Program-made: the position numbers and the translations under genes
The notes under the pieces: generated by a model
The model's database searches: none
Told to the model about the DNA's origin: nothing
What the model saw: the letters and a program-made list of their open reading frames with translations, nothing else
Source: Candidatus Thalassarchaeaceae archaeon
Lineage (GTDB): Archaea > Thermoplasmatota > Poseidoniia > Poseidoniales > Thalassarchaeaceae
Direction of reading: 5' to 3'
Assembly (NCBI GenBank): GCA_030747475.1
Contig: JASLKO010000180.1
Location: 31,631 to 95,630, forward strand
DNA length: 64,000 bases
Shown: positions 9,243 to 20,229 of the stretch, in pieces
Layout of the letters: every line of letters starts with the position of its first letter
Numbering within the stretch: position 1 is the first letter of the stretch

Positions 9243-12200
9243 ATGCAAGGGAGTAGTCAAATAAGCACAACAAGTAGTCGAAAGAATAGTCGAGGCATTA
9301 CCATGCGAAACAAAGCTGTACTTTTGATAATTACAATGCTACTGTCATCAGTAGCTCCATTCTCAACTTCTAATTTGGGACTTGAGGCAAATTCCGATGA
9401 AACATCAGGTAGAACTGGAGATATTGAATATATCCAATATTTTGGTAATTGGACAGGACAAAATGCCCTTGTCAATCAAACAGCAATCACTCCGATTTCT
9501 CCGATGACAATCCCATTGACTGCAGTTGCAGATACGTATGGAATTACTAATGATGATGTCCAATACACAGAATTACCACAAAATTGGTGGACAATGAACA
9601 CACCAGTTTACACTGACATTGGAACTCAAACTGATGGCACACTGGAACTCAATGGAGGCACTCAATGGTCTCCAAACGGAAAGATGTACGGAGGCGTCGC
9701 CCTCGACGGCTCCCCTGGAAGCAACATCACTTCTACGAACTGTGCAACTCACACCGCCTACGAAAACAATGGAAATGGATTTGCAGGGTGGATCAACCCC
9801 AATTCGTTGGGTGGTCAATTGTTTAGTCGAACAGTAGATCGCACTGATGCCCATGGTGGCTTCGATGGTGTTGACGTAAGTATCAATGCATCTGGTTGGT
9901 TACAAATGAAAGTATTCTGGGCCGCCCAAAATGAATTTGACACCACAGTCGATTGGGTCTTCGATGAATCGATGACCATGACAACCCGAATTGAGGTGGG
10001 TGTATGGAATTATGTTACAGTAAGATATTATCGATCCAGTTGGAATTTTTACGGACAGGTTTACGTTGACAATGGGACAACTGCCGATAAAAGCAATGGA
10101 AACCATGGCCATTACTTCAATTTCCAATATGCCACACCCTCAGAATCTCAAATGATGACATATGGCAATGAACCCTGTGTATTTGGAGAAGGATTTGATG
10201 GGGAAATTGATGAATTGCGTTATTTTAAGTCTTCCAATCCAATGGGGGCCAATAAAGCAACTGGTCTATGGAAAACAGATGGCCCAACCCCTCTTCCGTC
10301 AGGCCTCTCCTTTGATTATCAGACTGGTGAGATTACAGGTACACCATTGACACCATGGCCATCCACAGATTACACCGTGACCGTCGTCTCAGGAGAAAAT
10401 AACGCATCTACGGTGTTGGCGCTTGAGGTTGTTGAACCTGACCTCCCCTCTATTTCTCACGGTACAAATGATGCATTCTTCCTCACAACAGGTGATGAAG
10501 AATCAATCTCACCACCTTCGAACCTTGGTGGCGATTCAGCATTCTGGACATTGACTGCTGGCCATCCAAGTTACTCGGGTCAAGTCGACATCTCACCATC
10601 CTCTACATGTGCATTAGATGATGAAGGAAAATTGTACTGTTGGGGTAAGAACTCAGGCAGAATGTTGGATTCATCCCAAGGCACGAACTATGTTGTCGCC
10701 AATCCGACTTTACATCCAGATGCAGCAGCAGCCAATCTGACCTTCACCAAGATTGCCAGTGAAGATAATGGATTTTGTGGGATTCTTACAAATGGTAGCC
10801 TTTGGTGCTGGGGAAATGACGGCAACACGGGGCACCTTGGCCTTGGTCAATACAACGGCTACCAGGTTCCACAACAGGTGCTATTCGATCCAGATTTGAA
10901 TTCATTAGGATCTTCTCAATATTTCTATGGCTCCTCCAGTTCCTCTGGTTGTGCTGACATCAGCCCTAGTTCAGGATATGGCTTTGAATCATTTGAGAAC
11001 ACTTCCGCAGTTGCATGGGAAGAACATCTTATCTCTGCAAATGGCAATCCGACAGGAAGTGATGGCAATTGGTCCTACACAAACACGAATGTCCACTCTT
11101 CCCTGAATACCTTGCACGGTAACTATGTATTGGGTTCAGCATCATCCAATCTAGATTGGGATTCTCAGGCAAGTCATACAATTACACAAACAGAATCATC
11201 AATTATTGAATTGAACATTACAACAGGAGCAGGCCTTCTGAGTTTTTGTTCACTTTGGTCAACAGGATACAATGATGTGAAGGTCCACATAGATGGCACC
11301 CAAATCGTCTCCGAAACTTGGATTCACACAAGTTCGAGTTGGAGGTCATTGAACATTCCAGTGACCTCAGGAAATCATCTATTGACAATTGAGTACTACC
11401 ATGACCACTATACTAACAGTTACTTTGACAGAGCATTCATTGATGCCTTGAAGTGGCCTTTGCCCACCCCTCCAGTGAATTGGACTGAACCGACAGTCAC
11501 TGACATTGCATGGAATGCCGATACAGCATGTGCAATTGCAGATTCAGATGTGTATTGTTGGGGCGTTAATCAATATGGCATATTGGGCAATGGTGATTTG
11601 ACCCAGAGATACCGACCCACAAAGGTCTCGACACCAGCAAACCTTTCTTTTTCAGCAGTCGATGTTGGTTCGTTCCATGCCTGTGCATTGGCCGATGATG
11701 GAACGATGTGGTGTTGGGGAGAAGGCATTGATGGAAGATTAGGACACAGTGCCGACACATGGAATCCAGAAGGTGCAGGGTATAGTTCCAATCAGGCTCA
11801 CTTCAATACTGCAAGAAGTTATGTTCCTGCTCAGGTTGATTTCAATGCAAATGTAACAGTATCAAGTATCGAACTAGGTATAAGGAACACCTGTGCGATT
11901 GGAAACGATGATGATAGTGGATATGAGCAACTCTGGTGTTGGGGCTACAACCAAAACTTCCAGAGTTCCCACACCGCCGGAAGTGTGGTATTTCCACAAG
12001 CTGGCCCACTCTATGAGAGTACATCCACTGGTTCGATCCCAACACATGTAGAGACCGACCAAACTCAAACATGTGTGCTATTCAGCAATGCATCTGTATG
12101 GTGCATGGGCAAGCATTACACTGGGACAAACACGAACAGTGACTATGAACAGCCCCAACAATGGTGGGAATTGGATGGTTATGGTCAGAACGTCACATCT

Positions 12201-14378
12201 CTTTCTGCAGGTGGTTCATCGACATATGGAATGTGTGTAATGGTTCAGCATGACCCAGCATTGTATTGTTGGGGGGACAACGGAAATAACCAACAGGGCG
12301 TAACTGGGTTATCGACCGGTTTGTACAAATTGCCAGGTCCAGTGGATGGTTTGATTGGTGGCCGCGACAACGCAGTCCTAGCTCCCGGTTTAACTTTCAA
12401 CAATTCAAATGGAATGATTACAGGCACACCTACAACCGAAAACACGGACTCAGTTGAATTGAACATCTATGCTTGTAATGGTCGAGGCTGTGATTCAGCA
12501 GCATTCAACTATTCAATTTGGGATCGACCGGAGGTAAGTCAAGTTGACCTCACAGGCCAAGATGTTAATCATTCAAAGCAACCCCCAGAGGTCCACAAGG
12601 GCCGAAACGTGAATCTCAGTATCGAGGTAACCAGTGAACGCCCGATTGCCAACTATACTTGGTGGATTGAGCACACCAATGGTTTGTTTTATTACGATAT
12701 GTTCCCGAATTCACCAACCTTTGTCACAGATCAATTACCGTTAGGACTTCAGGTACTACATTTCAGTGCAACCGATGATATTGGCGGCACATCCAATGAA
12801 GCATGGGTAATTCTCAATGTGCTTGAGTCAGATTCGGACGGAGATCAAGTGCCATTTTGGAATGATTTATGCCCTGAAGAAAACGCTCTTGGGTACGATG
12901 TGTATATTGGAATAGGATCATCTCAACAAGGTTCAGACGGTTGTATTGACAATAGTGATACAGACCAATTTTTAGATCCGGACGATGCATGCCCAACAGA
13001 ATTCGCAGCCCCAGAATGGGATCTGTATATTGGTGAAAGCACTGATGTTCTTGGTTCAGATGGTTGCATTGATGACACCGATCGAGATACAATTCTTGAA
13101 AATGTAGATCAATGTTTGACCACGCCATTCGCAGAACGATTCTATGTGAACCCACAGGGTTGTGGGCCCTCAGAACGAGATACTGATGGTGACGGTTACA
13201 AGGACAACGTTGATGCTTGTGAAAACACCCCTCTAGGTGAATCTACAGATGAATTCGGTTGTGGTGAATCACAAGTTGATTCAGATGGTGATGGTGTGTA
13301 TGACAACAATGACGTCTGCCCTGAATCACCTCTAGGCGCAACCGTCGACATCGATGGATGCGCAGCTGCAGAGAAAGATGGTGACGGTGATGGTGTCAAT
13401 GACGAAGTCGATGTGTGCGACACCACTCCACCGGGCTCTGAAGTCAATCTTGTTGGATGTGCAGAAGGCGATTTGGTTACCGATGACAACGATCAGGATG
13501 GCGTGGCAGACATCTTCGACAACTGTCCTATGACACCTGTTGGCGACGTTGTTGATTATGGTGGCTGTGGTCTTACTCAGAAGGATACCGACAATGATGG
13601 TATTACTGACGCAATGGATCAATGTCAAGACACACCAGGTTATGATATTCCAACAATTGATGCCAATGGATGCGGCTCCACACAGCGCGACTCAGATGGT
13701 GACGGTGTAATCGATTCAGTCGACCAATGTCTCAATACTCCAAGCAGTGTTGAAGTCACCCCTCTTGGATGTCAAGCGGGACTTTCAGACAGTGACCTTG
13801 ATTCAGTCGCAGATCTCATCGATGCATGTCCAAACACAACGGGAGATCAACCAGTCAATCTGAATGGTTGCGCGCCTTATCAGTTGGATTCAGATGGTGA
13901 TGGTATCACCAATGATATGGACGTATGTCCAACCACGCCCGCAGGTCAAGCAATCAAATCAAACGGTTGTGCAATAGACGACACTGTATTCGATCCACAG
14001 CGAGAAGATGATGACAATGATGGAGTATCCAACGATATCGACGAATGTCCCGATACCCCATTGGCTACCAAAGTCATCGACAACCGTGGTTGCCCAATCC
14101 TCATGGAGGACGAGACCCAATCTGTATCGACAATTGCTTTGGGAATCATGGCCTTCGCCATTCTATTCCTTCTATTGTTGACGGTACTAGTCATGCGCCG
14201 AAGAAGTCGGAGAGAGAGTGCATTGTGGGACTCCGGTGCAGCCGGCGACATCTTGTTTGACGCCATCGATACTGATGGTGACGGTGAGATTTCGGATGAG
14301 GAATGGGAAGCCTACAAGAAATATCGGGATTCAAACCAATCATCATCAGAGATAGAAGACGACGATCTGTTTGATTGA
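9243..14378 (+). CDS. Large single-pass surface protein: LamG-like, putative Ig (He_PIG-like), RCC1, TSP3 repeats, TM, cytoplasmic EF-hand
   Basis: F.G.IDELRY (LamG-like), LPSGLSFD..TGEITGTP (He_PIG-like), CWG.N..G.LG repeats, D.D.DG..D..D.CP.TP repeats, TM, LFDAIDTDGDGEISDEEW. Start is 9243 (GGGAGTGA RBS) or 9303. Confidence 0.82.
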   Translation: MQGSSQISTTSSRKNSRGITMRNKAVLLIITMLLSSVAPFSTSNLGLEANSDETSGRTGDIEYIQYFGNWTGQNALVNQTAITPISPMTIPLTAVADTYGITNDDVQYTELPQNWWTMNTPVYTDIGTQTDGTLELNGGTQWSPNGKMYGGVALDGSPGSNITSTNCATHTAYENNGNGFAGWINPNSLGGQLFSRTVDRTDAHGGFDGVDVSINASGWLQMKVFWAAQNEFDTTVDWVFDESMTMTTRIEVGVWNYVTVRYYRSSWNFYGQVYVDNGTTADKSNGNHGHYFNFQYATPSESQMMTYGNEPCVFGEGFDGEIDELRYFKSSNPMGANKATGLWKTDGPTPLPSGLSFDYQTGEITGTPLTPWPSTDYTVTVVSGENNASTVLALEVVEPDLPSISHGTNDAFFLTTGDEESISPPSNLGGDSAFWTLTAGHPSYSGQVDISPSSTCALDDEGKLYCWGKNSGRMLDSSQGTNYVVANPTLHPDAAAANLTFTKIASEDNGFCGILTNGSLWCWGNDGNTGHLGLGQYNGYQVPQQVLFDPDLNSLGSSQYFYGSSSSSGCADISPSSGYGFESFENTSAVAWEEHLISANGNPTGSDGNWSYTNTNVHSSLNTLHGNYVLGSASSNLDWDSQASHTITQTESSIIELNITTGAGLLSFCSLWSTGYNDVKVHIDGTQIVSETWIHTSSSWRSLNIPVTSGNHLLTIEYYHDHYTNSYFDRAFIDALKWPLPTPPVNWTEPTVTDIAWNADTACAIADSDVYCWGVNQYGILGNGDLTQRYRPTKVSTPANLSFSAVDVGSFHACALADDGTMWCWGEGIDGRLGHSADTWNPEGAGYSSNQAHFNTARSYVPAQVDFNANVTVSSIELGIRNTCAIGNDDDSGYEQLWCWGYNQNFQSSHTAGSVVFPQAGPLYESTSTGSIPTHVETDQTQTCVLFSNASVWCMGKHYTGTNTNSDYEQPQQWWELDGYGQNVTSLSAGGSSTYGMCVMVQHDPALYCWGDNGNNQQGVTGLSTGLYKLPGPVDGLIGGRDNAVLAPGLTFNNSNGMITGTPTTENTDSVELNIYACNGRGCDSAAFNYSIWDRPEVSQVDLTGQDVNHSKQPPEVHKGRNVNLSIEVTSERPIANYTWWIEHTNGLFYYDMFPNSPTFVTDQLPLGLQVLHFSATDDIGGTSNEAWVILNVLESDSDGDQVPFWNDLCPEENALGYDVYIGIGSSQQGSDGCIDNSDTDQFLDPDDACPTEFAAPEWDLYIGESTDVLGSDGCIDDTDRDTILENVDQCLTTPFAERFYVNPQGCGPSERDTDGDGYKDNVDACENTPLGESTDEFGCGESQVDSDGDGVYDNNDVCPESPLGATVDIDGCAAAEKDGDGDGVNDEVDVCDTTPPGSEVNLVGCAEGDLVTDDNDQDGVADIFDNCPMTPVGDVVDYGGCGLTQKDTDNDGITDAMDQCQDTPGYDIPTIDANGCGSTQRDSDGDGVIDSVDQCLNTPSSVEVTPLGCQAGLSDSDLDSVADLIDACPNTTGDQPVNLNGCAPYQLDSDGDGITNDMDVCPTTPAGQAIKSNGCAIDDTVFDPQREDDDNDGVSNDIDECPDTPLATKVIDNRGCPILMEDETQSVSTIALGIMAFAILFLLLLTVLVMRRRSRRESALWDSGAAGDILFDAIDTDGDGEISDEEWEAYKKYRDSNQSSSEIEDDDLFD

Positions 14379-14395
14379 ATTCACTAGAGGGAGAA

Positions 14396-17300
14396 TCACT
14401 CTTCCTCAAGTAGGGCATCAATGATTTGCGCCTTTGTACCACTGTGAGGGGCACCACGCTCCTTCGCTAGGGCTACCAATTCCGCCTTCTTCATGCGATT
14501 TAGAGAGGCCTTCGACGGTTTGGATTGTGGCCATCCTGATGGTGTACTCAGTGTAAGTTCCTTCTCATCATCTCTGGATAGCTCCTGTTCGACGACAGCA
14601 TCAATATCTTCATCATCGATTCTCTTCGACCACATGTTCAGATAATGTTCTGGGCTAAAGCGACCAGTTTCAATATGGCGCTCCATTCGAACCACTGCTT
14701 CTTTGGTTGTCAGACCAAGAGCCACAGCCTTTGAGAAGACTCTGGCCAATTCTTTTCCAGTCTGATCAGAATCATCAATCTCATCTTCCCCGAATTCATT
14801 GCGATGAGCTCGAATATCTTCTTGAATCTCATCGTGTTGTTTTCCTGTGATGAGTTTAGCAACGAACATATCAGCCGCTTGATTTGACACCTTACGTAGT
14901 TGCATTGGATTCTCAGCGGTTAAAATCATCCCACGGAGCCTTCTTTCAGCGTCTGCGCGCCCTTGTTTGACATACAGAATCGAACCGACTGTGAAAAGGA
15001 CGAGCAAGGGAATTAGAACCAATGCCATTGTTAGGAGATCTCCTTCGAGGAATTTCTCAGTAAACGATTTGCTTGGTGCAGCTGCAACATCGATGCAACC
15101 ATCACCATCCTCGTCTGATACATTGTTTACAGCAATCAGTGGGCACTCATCCATTGAGTCAGATAATCCATCACCGTCATCATCGAAATCTTCACTCTCG
15201 TCTTGACAACCATCACCATCATTGTCGGTAATCTCATCTGAAGTCCATCCAGTATTGCCAACTGGACAATTATCAATATCGTCATCAATTCCATCGCCGT
15301 CATCGTCACTATCTTCCAGCGAATCTTTACAGCCATCACCATCTAGGTCAGTGGTCTCATTAGAGGTCCACCCCCATTGACCCCCTGTTTGACAGGAATC
15401 ACTCGTATCTTGAATGCCATCACCGTCATCATCTAAGTCTTCGACTAAATCGTAACAACCGTCGTTATCGTAGTCATTTGAACTGGTTGGAGCCCAACCA
15501 AGTGCGCCTTGAGGGCATGAATCTAATTCATCAATTCGTTGATCTCCGTCGTCATTGTCATCACAGGCATCTCCATCGATGTCTCCATCATAATTTTCCT
15601 GGCCTGGATTTGGAATAGATAGGCAATTGTCTTGTAAATTGGCAACTCCATCACCATCATTGTCAATGAGATTGTCACACCCATCTGGAATGCCATCTAA
15701 ATCTAGGTCAACTGCATCGTTTGAGCCAGGACACAAATCGAATTCATCCGACCACCCATCGTTATCAGAATCAGTACCGGGCCACGAATTCCATTGTTCT
15801 CCAATTTCCGCATCCCCTTGAATCATATTGTAAATCACGCTTTCATTGGTTGTTCCAAACCAATTTTGGTCAACCGTAATAGCGGCACTAGTCACCGTTG
15901 GTACATCGATTGCAGTGGAACTGATTTGAGTAAATGAATTGTCAGTGAAAGTGGCTTGCTGTAGAGTGTTCGGGAGGCTTTCATCAACGGTAATTGCAGT
16001 TCCGTTGATTTCAGACATATTGTTTGCATTGATCGTAACATATCGCACATCTTGAATCAAGAATCCCTCTGATGACTCGATATTCTCCATCATGTTCTCT
16101 CCAATGTACAGTGTACTGATATCGCTCATTGTAACCATGGGTGTCGAATTGACGCCACTATCACTGAATGTGTTCCCTGAAACTTCCACTTGAGGAATCT
16201 GTCCAGAGGCAGGAACAATGTTCACCGTACTCTCAGAGTTCACGACAGAATTGTCAGTAAATTGCAAGGTTGAAATTTGGCCTGCACCAGGATCTAATCC
16301 ATCAGGGGTCGTAGTGAAAATATAGTCACCATTGAGGTTGTTGAAATGATTCCCATCGATTGTAACCATTCCACTAAGTCCTGAGGCAATGATACCTGAC
16401 CGACCTTCATTCTCATTGCTTCCATCAATTGTCATGTCACGTATGGTTAAGTCGGAGATTCCAGCCGAGGCATCAACACTCAAAGCGACATCCTGCGCTC
16501 CTTCGCCTTGCAGAGTAATACCTTCGATTGTGATATTATTCATCATGAAATTACTCTGGAGCAGTAAACCACCAGTAAATGTTGGTTGGCTGTTTTCAAT
16601 CGCCGTAATCAGCATGTTTCCCTGTATTGAAGCAGGTGCAATGATGAGATTCTCATTAAACACTCCATCTGATAGAATGATATTGTGCGACTCTTGTTCT
16701 GAACCAATCAATGTATGTTGTATGGCGAAAGAAGGACTAGCGAAATAGGCAGCAGATTCACCCACTCCAAGCGTGATATTCTTACCGGTACTTTTCGCAA
16801 AGGGGGCCAATGAAGCTTCGTTGACAGTGGTTGTGTGTCCAACATTAATCATGAAAACATCCACTGAATCAAAATCACTTGATTGCTCATCAAACACACC
16901 AGCGGTGGAGACTTGCAGTCCAGCACCGACAGAGATGTTAGCGTACTCATTGTCTCTCAGTGAGATTCCACTGAGGTAATCACCAGGGTACATCCCTGTC
17001 CATTCATGGGTGAATACTCCCATTCCGGGAACATCTGTACCGACCCACTTCCCATCGTGTATGTCAGAGAACCGATTATTCTCAATGAGGGCCCCCCCAT
17101 CAATTTCGGACGAGACCACTTCGTGAATCGAAATCCCCAATCCAATGGAATCATTGTATCCACCGATGTCGTAAATGTGATTTCCATGGATATGTAATCC
17201 ATCGATGGTGTGGAGAATCTGACCATTTTCCACAGCATCAGTCAGAATGCCCCAAGAAGTGGCTCGAATATCATCGATTTTCTTCGCCATGCCATGAATC

Positions 17301-17803
17301 AGATTATTCCCAATTTCAATATTTGAGATGTTATTTGCACCACCAGCAACATAGAACCCATATCTTGTATTTTCATCTCCGAGAAGATCAAATCCAGTGA
17401 CTGAAACATCATCGCTACTGATTAAGAATCCACCATATCCACCCCGAAGGTCCAAGATACTCTCAGAGAAATCGCCAGATTGTCTCAGCAATGCACTATC
17501 TGCACTTCGGGCACCATTCACAGTCAATGCATGAGTGATTTCAATCGTAGCAGTGAGCACATAGGTTCCACTAGCAACCTCAACTGTGTCACCAGACGAT
17601 GATGCCATGACTGCGTCATTGATTGTGCAATAGGGGTTTGAAGACGCCCCATCACCACTATTTGGGCAATTTGCAGCATCCACATATAGGGTCGTTCCAC
17701 CGTTTGCGGAAGCACTGGGGAACAGGCAAAGTGCAGGTGTGATGAATGCGCAAACCAACAGCACCGAAAATGCACGTATCCGTCGATACCCCGCTGGATG
17801 CAT
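14396..17803 (-). CDS. Single-pass surface protein: right-handed beta-helix (pectin lyase-like), TSP3 repeats, TM, cytoplasmic SAP-like domain
   Basis: TLYVDAA...GS..NPYCTINDA...GDTVEVASGTY cap, I..N.F rungs, DxDxDGC repeats, TM, C-terminal LNRMKKAELVALAKERGAPHSGTKAQIIDAL. Confidence 0.82.
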   Translation of the reverse strand: MHPAGYRRIRAFSVLLVCAFITPALCLFPSASANGGTTLYVDAANCPNSGDGASSNPYCTINDAVMASSSGDTVEVASGTYVLTATIEITHALTVNGARSADSALLRQSGDFSESILDLRGGYGGFLISSDDVSVTGFDLLGDENTRYGFYVAGGANNISNIEIGNNLIHGMAKKIDDIRATSWGILTDAVENGQILHTIDGLHIHGNHIYDIGGYNDSIGLGISIHEVVSSEIDGGALIENNRFSDIHDGKWVGTDVPGMGVFTHEWTGMYPGDYLSGISLRDNEYANISVGAGLQVSTAGVFDEQSSDFDSVDVFMINVGHTTTVNEASLAPFAKSTGKNITLGVGESAAYFASPSFAIQHTLIGSEQESHNIILSDGVFNENLIIAPASIQGNMLITAIENSQPTFTGGLLLQSNFMMNNITIEGITLQGEGAQDVALSVDASAGISDLTIRDMTIDGSNENEGRSGIIASGLSGMVTIDGNHFNNLNGDYIFTTTPDGLDPGAGQISTLQFTDNSVVNSESTVNIVPASGQIPQVEVSGNTFSDSGVNSTPMVTMSDISTLYIGENMMENIESSEGFLIQDVRYVTINANNMSEINGTAITVDESLPNTLQQATFTDNSFTQISSTAIDVPTVTSAAITVDQNWFGTTNESVIYNMIQGDAEIGEQWNSWPGTDSDNDGWSDEFDLCPGSNDAVDLDLDGIPDGCDNLIDNDGDGVANLQDNCLSIPNPGQENYDGDIDGDACDDNDDGDQRIDELDSCPQGALGWAPTSSNDYDNDGCYDLVEDLDDDGDGIQDTSDSCQTGGQWGWTSNETTDLDGDGCKDSLEDSDDDGDGIDDDIDNCPVGNTGWTSDEITDNDGDGCQDESEDFDDDGDGLSDSMDECPLIAVNNVSDEDGDGCIDVAAAPSKSFTEKFLEGDLLTMALVLIPLLVLFTVGSILYVKQGRADAERRLRGMILTAENPMQLRKVSNQAADMFVAKLITGKQHDEIQEDIRAHRNEFGEDEIDDSDQTGKELARVFSKAVALGLTTKEAVVRMERHIETGRFSPEHYLNMWSKRIDDEDIDAVVEQELSRDDEKELTLSTPSGWPQSKPSKASLNRMKKAELVALAKERGAPHSGTKAQIIDALLEEE

Positions 17804-17819
17804 ACGGGAGCCGAGGAGG

Positions 17820-17840
17820 CCCCATCGTATAACGATGGGG
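17820..17840. promoter_or_regulatory. Perfect 9-bp inverted repeat centred on a TATA-like box
   Basis: CCCCATCGT-ATA-ACGATGGGG; minus-strand TTATA lies 25-29 nt upstream of ATG 17803. Confidence 0.5.
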
Positions 17841-17869
17841 AATAACCCGATTACTCGATATCGAAAAAG

Positions 17870-18523
17870 TTAGGATTTTTTCCAAACAGCGAGATATCGA
17901 TTTACATCAGGAGTTTCTTCCTTGATGAAGGGTTGAAAATCAACTTGTTCTAACGATGCAAACATCGCTTGTAACCAACTCATTTTGAGGGGCCACGGAG
18001 GTGGTGGGATTTCAGATTCACTCCCATCGTCTAAACGGCCGATACAGAAGAGATGTCCACCATTTTTCAACAATTTAGGAACCATCGGAGCGGCCCTTTC
18101 ACGCAACTCTTCAGGAATCGCTTGGAGAATGTGAATTTCAACGACGAGATCGAAATTGGCCAGCCAAGATTCTGGAAGATTCAGGAGGTCTGCAACTTGC
18201 CAGTCCACATTAGAATCGGGAAATCGTTCCCGACACCACTCGATGCACGTATCGGACAGATCGAAAGCCGTCACCTCAAATCCTTGGGCGGCAAGACCCG
18301 CAGCATCGTCGCCAAGGCCACAACCGATGACCAAAGCGTGGCCAGAAAAACCACGGCCTTGCAACCAATTCATCATCACGGGGTTTGGCTCTAAAGCTGC
18401 CCAGGGGATCTCTCCAGCATCACGCTTTGCTGATGAGTAAAGTTCCTCAAACCAACGCAGTGGATCCCCATCCTCTGCTGCTGCTTCAGATAGACCAAGA
18501 AGCCGTTCTCGCATTTCATCCAC
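17870..18523 (-). CDS. Class I SAM-dependent methyltransferase (TPMT-like)
   Basis: ALVIGCGLGDDA motif I, VTAFDLS, VADLL, FDLVVE. Confidence 0.88.
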   Translation of the reverse strand: MDEMRERLLGLSEAAAEDGDPLRWFEELYSSAKRDAGEIPWAALEPNPVMMNWLQGRGFSGHALVIGCGLGDDAAGLAAQGFEVTAFDLSDTCIEWCRERFPDSNVDWQVADLLNLPESWLANFDLVVEIHILQAIPEELRERAAPMVPKLLKNGGHLFCIGRLDDGSESEIPPPPWPLKMSWLQAMFASLEQVDFQPFIKEETPDVNRYLAVWKKS

Positions 18524-18532
18524 TTGAACAAC

Positions 18533-19762
18533 TCACATGTGTTCGATAATGGTGGCTCCAAATTCACTGCATTTGAGTAGAATTGCATCATCCATTAGTC
18601 GCTCAAAGTCGTAGGTAACCGTCTTCGCACTAATTGCTCCACCCATTCCCTTGACGATGAGATCTGCCGCTTCAGTCCAGCCCATATGCCTCAACATCAT
18701 TTCAGCACTGAGAATAAGAGAACCAGGGTTGACTTTGTCCAATCCGGTATACTTTGGTGCAGTACCGTGAGTGGCCTCAAAAATTGCAATGCCCGTATCG
18801 TAGTTGATATTCGCACCAGGTGCAATACCAATGCCACCCACTTGTGCTGCTAGAGCATCAGAGATGTAGTCACCATTGAGATTCATCGTCGTCAATACAT
18901 CGTATTCGCGTGGACGTGTCAGAACTTGTTGGAGCATAGCATCAGCAATCACATCCTTGATGAGAATCTCCTTTCCATTGTTTGGATTCTTCATAGAACA
19001 CCATGGGCCACCATCGATTTCAACGGCACCAAATTCATCTTTTGCAAGTTGATATCCCCAATCTCTGAATCCACCTTCAGTGAATTTCATGATATTGCCT
19101 TTGTGAACCAATGTTACACTTGTTTTGTTCGTGTCGATGGCATATTGAATCGCAGCTCGAACGATGCGCGCAGTTCCTTCGCTAGAGATTGGTTTGATTC
19201 CAATCCCACTTGTATCGGGGAATCTGATTTTTTCAACACCCATCTCATTTTGGAGGAAATCAATGACCTTCGCCACTTCATCAGAACCAGATTCCCATTC
19301 GATACCAGCATAGACATCTTCGCTATTTTCTCTGAAAATGATCATGTCAACAGCACCCGGGTCCTTCACTGGACTGGGCGTTCCATCATACCAACGTACA
19401 GGACGTACACATGCAAACAGATCGAGTTTTTGCCTCAATGCAACATTGAGTGAACGAATACCACCTCCTACTGGAGTTGTCAGGGGCCCTTTGATTGAAA
19501 CCAGACCGTTGCGAATAGCCTCTAGAGTTTCATCAGGAAGCCACTCTCCAGTCGCATTGAATGCTTTCTGTCCAGCGAGTATTTCTTTCCACACAATCAC
19601 CCTTTCACCATCGTACGCATGACTAACAGCCGCATTGACCACTGACTGCATTACTGGTGTGATATCGGACCCAATACAATCTCCTTCAATGAAATGTACA
19701 ATTGGGTCAACAGGGACGTTGAGTTGCCCGTTTTCCATGGTGATGATAGTGCCTGATGCCAT
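18533..19762 (-). CDS. icd: NADP-dependent isocitrate dehydrogenase
   Basis: [52 protein letters not shown]. Confidence 0.96.
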   Translation of the reverse strand: MASGTIITMENGQLNVPVDPIVHFIEGDCIGSDITPVMQSVVNAAVSHAYDGERVIVWKEILAGQKAFNATGEWLPDETLEAIRNGLVSIKGPLTTPVGGGIRSLNVALRQKLDLFACVRPVRWYDGTPSPVKDPGAVDMIIFRENSEDVYAGIEWESGSDEVAKVIDFLQNEMGVEKIRFPDTSGIGIKPISSEGTARIVRAAIQYAIDTNKTSVTLVHKGNIMKFTEGGFRDWGYQLAKDEFGAVEIDGGPWCSMKNPNNGKEILIKDVIADAMLQQVLTRPREYDVLTTMNLNGDYISDALAAQVGGIGIAPGANINYDTGIAIFEATHGTAPKYTGLDKVNPGSLILSAEMMLRHMGWTEAADLIVKGMGGAISAKTVTYDFERLMDDAILLKCSEFGATIIEHM

Positions 19763-19836
19763 GGCTATCAAGCCGTCCGACCCGCCACTTGTTCATGATG
19801 CTAACCCTCATCCCCTTCCTACATGTACGGCAATTC

Positions 19837-20229
19837 ATGCGCGGAATGGTCAGGTGGACTGGTGACGAAGATATGGAGGGTCAGATTGAGGGTGGGCCGA
19901 CTATTCCAATTCATACAGAAAAATCACCAAATCCAGTTCAGATGGTGTTGCTTGCTCATGGCAGTTGTTCGTTAATCGATGTCATCGTTGGTCTGAAACA
20001 TCGAATGGAAAACGTTCGAGCATGTTGGGTGGAATTAGATTCAGATCGGGCCGTGGGGCCACCAAGACCATTCATTGCTGTACGAATGAAATACATCATT
20101 GAAGGCGATGTGCCCGAGAAATTGGTCACCAGACTCATTGAACAGAGTCATGAAAAATATTGCAGTGTGGGTGCAATGGTCATCGGTTCAGGCGCTAGTT
20201 TAGATTGGACGCTTGAAATTCGAAATTAA
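19837..20229 (+). CDS. OsmC/Ohr family protein
   Basis: P.QMVLLAHGSCS...SHEKYCSV two-Cys pattern; start moved to ATG 19837. Confidence 0.85.
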   Translation: MRGMVRWTGDEDMEGQIEGGPTIPIHTEKSPNPVQMVLLAHGSCSLIDVIVGLKHRMENVRACWVELDSDRAVGPPRPFIAVRMKYIIEGDVPEKLVTRLIEQSHEKYCSVGAMVIGSGASLDWTLEIRN

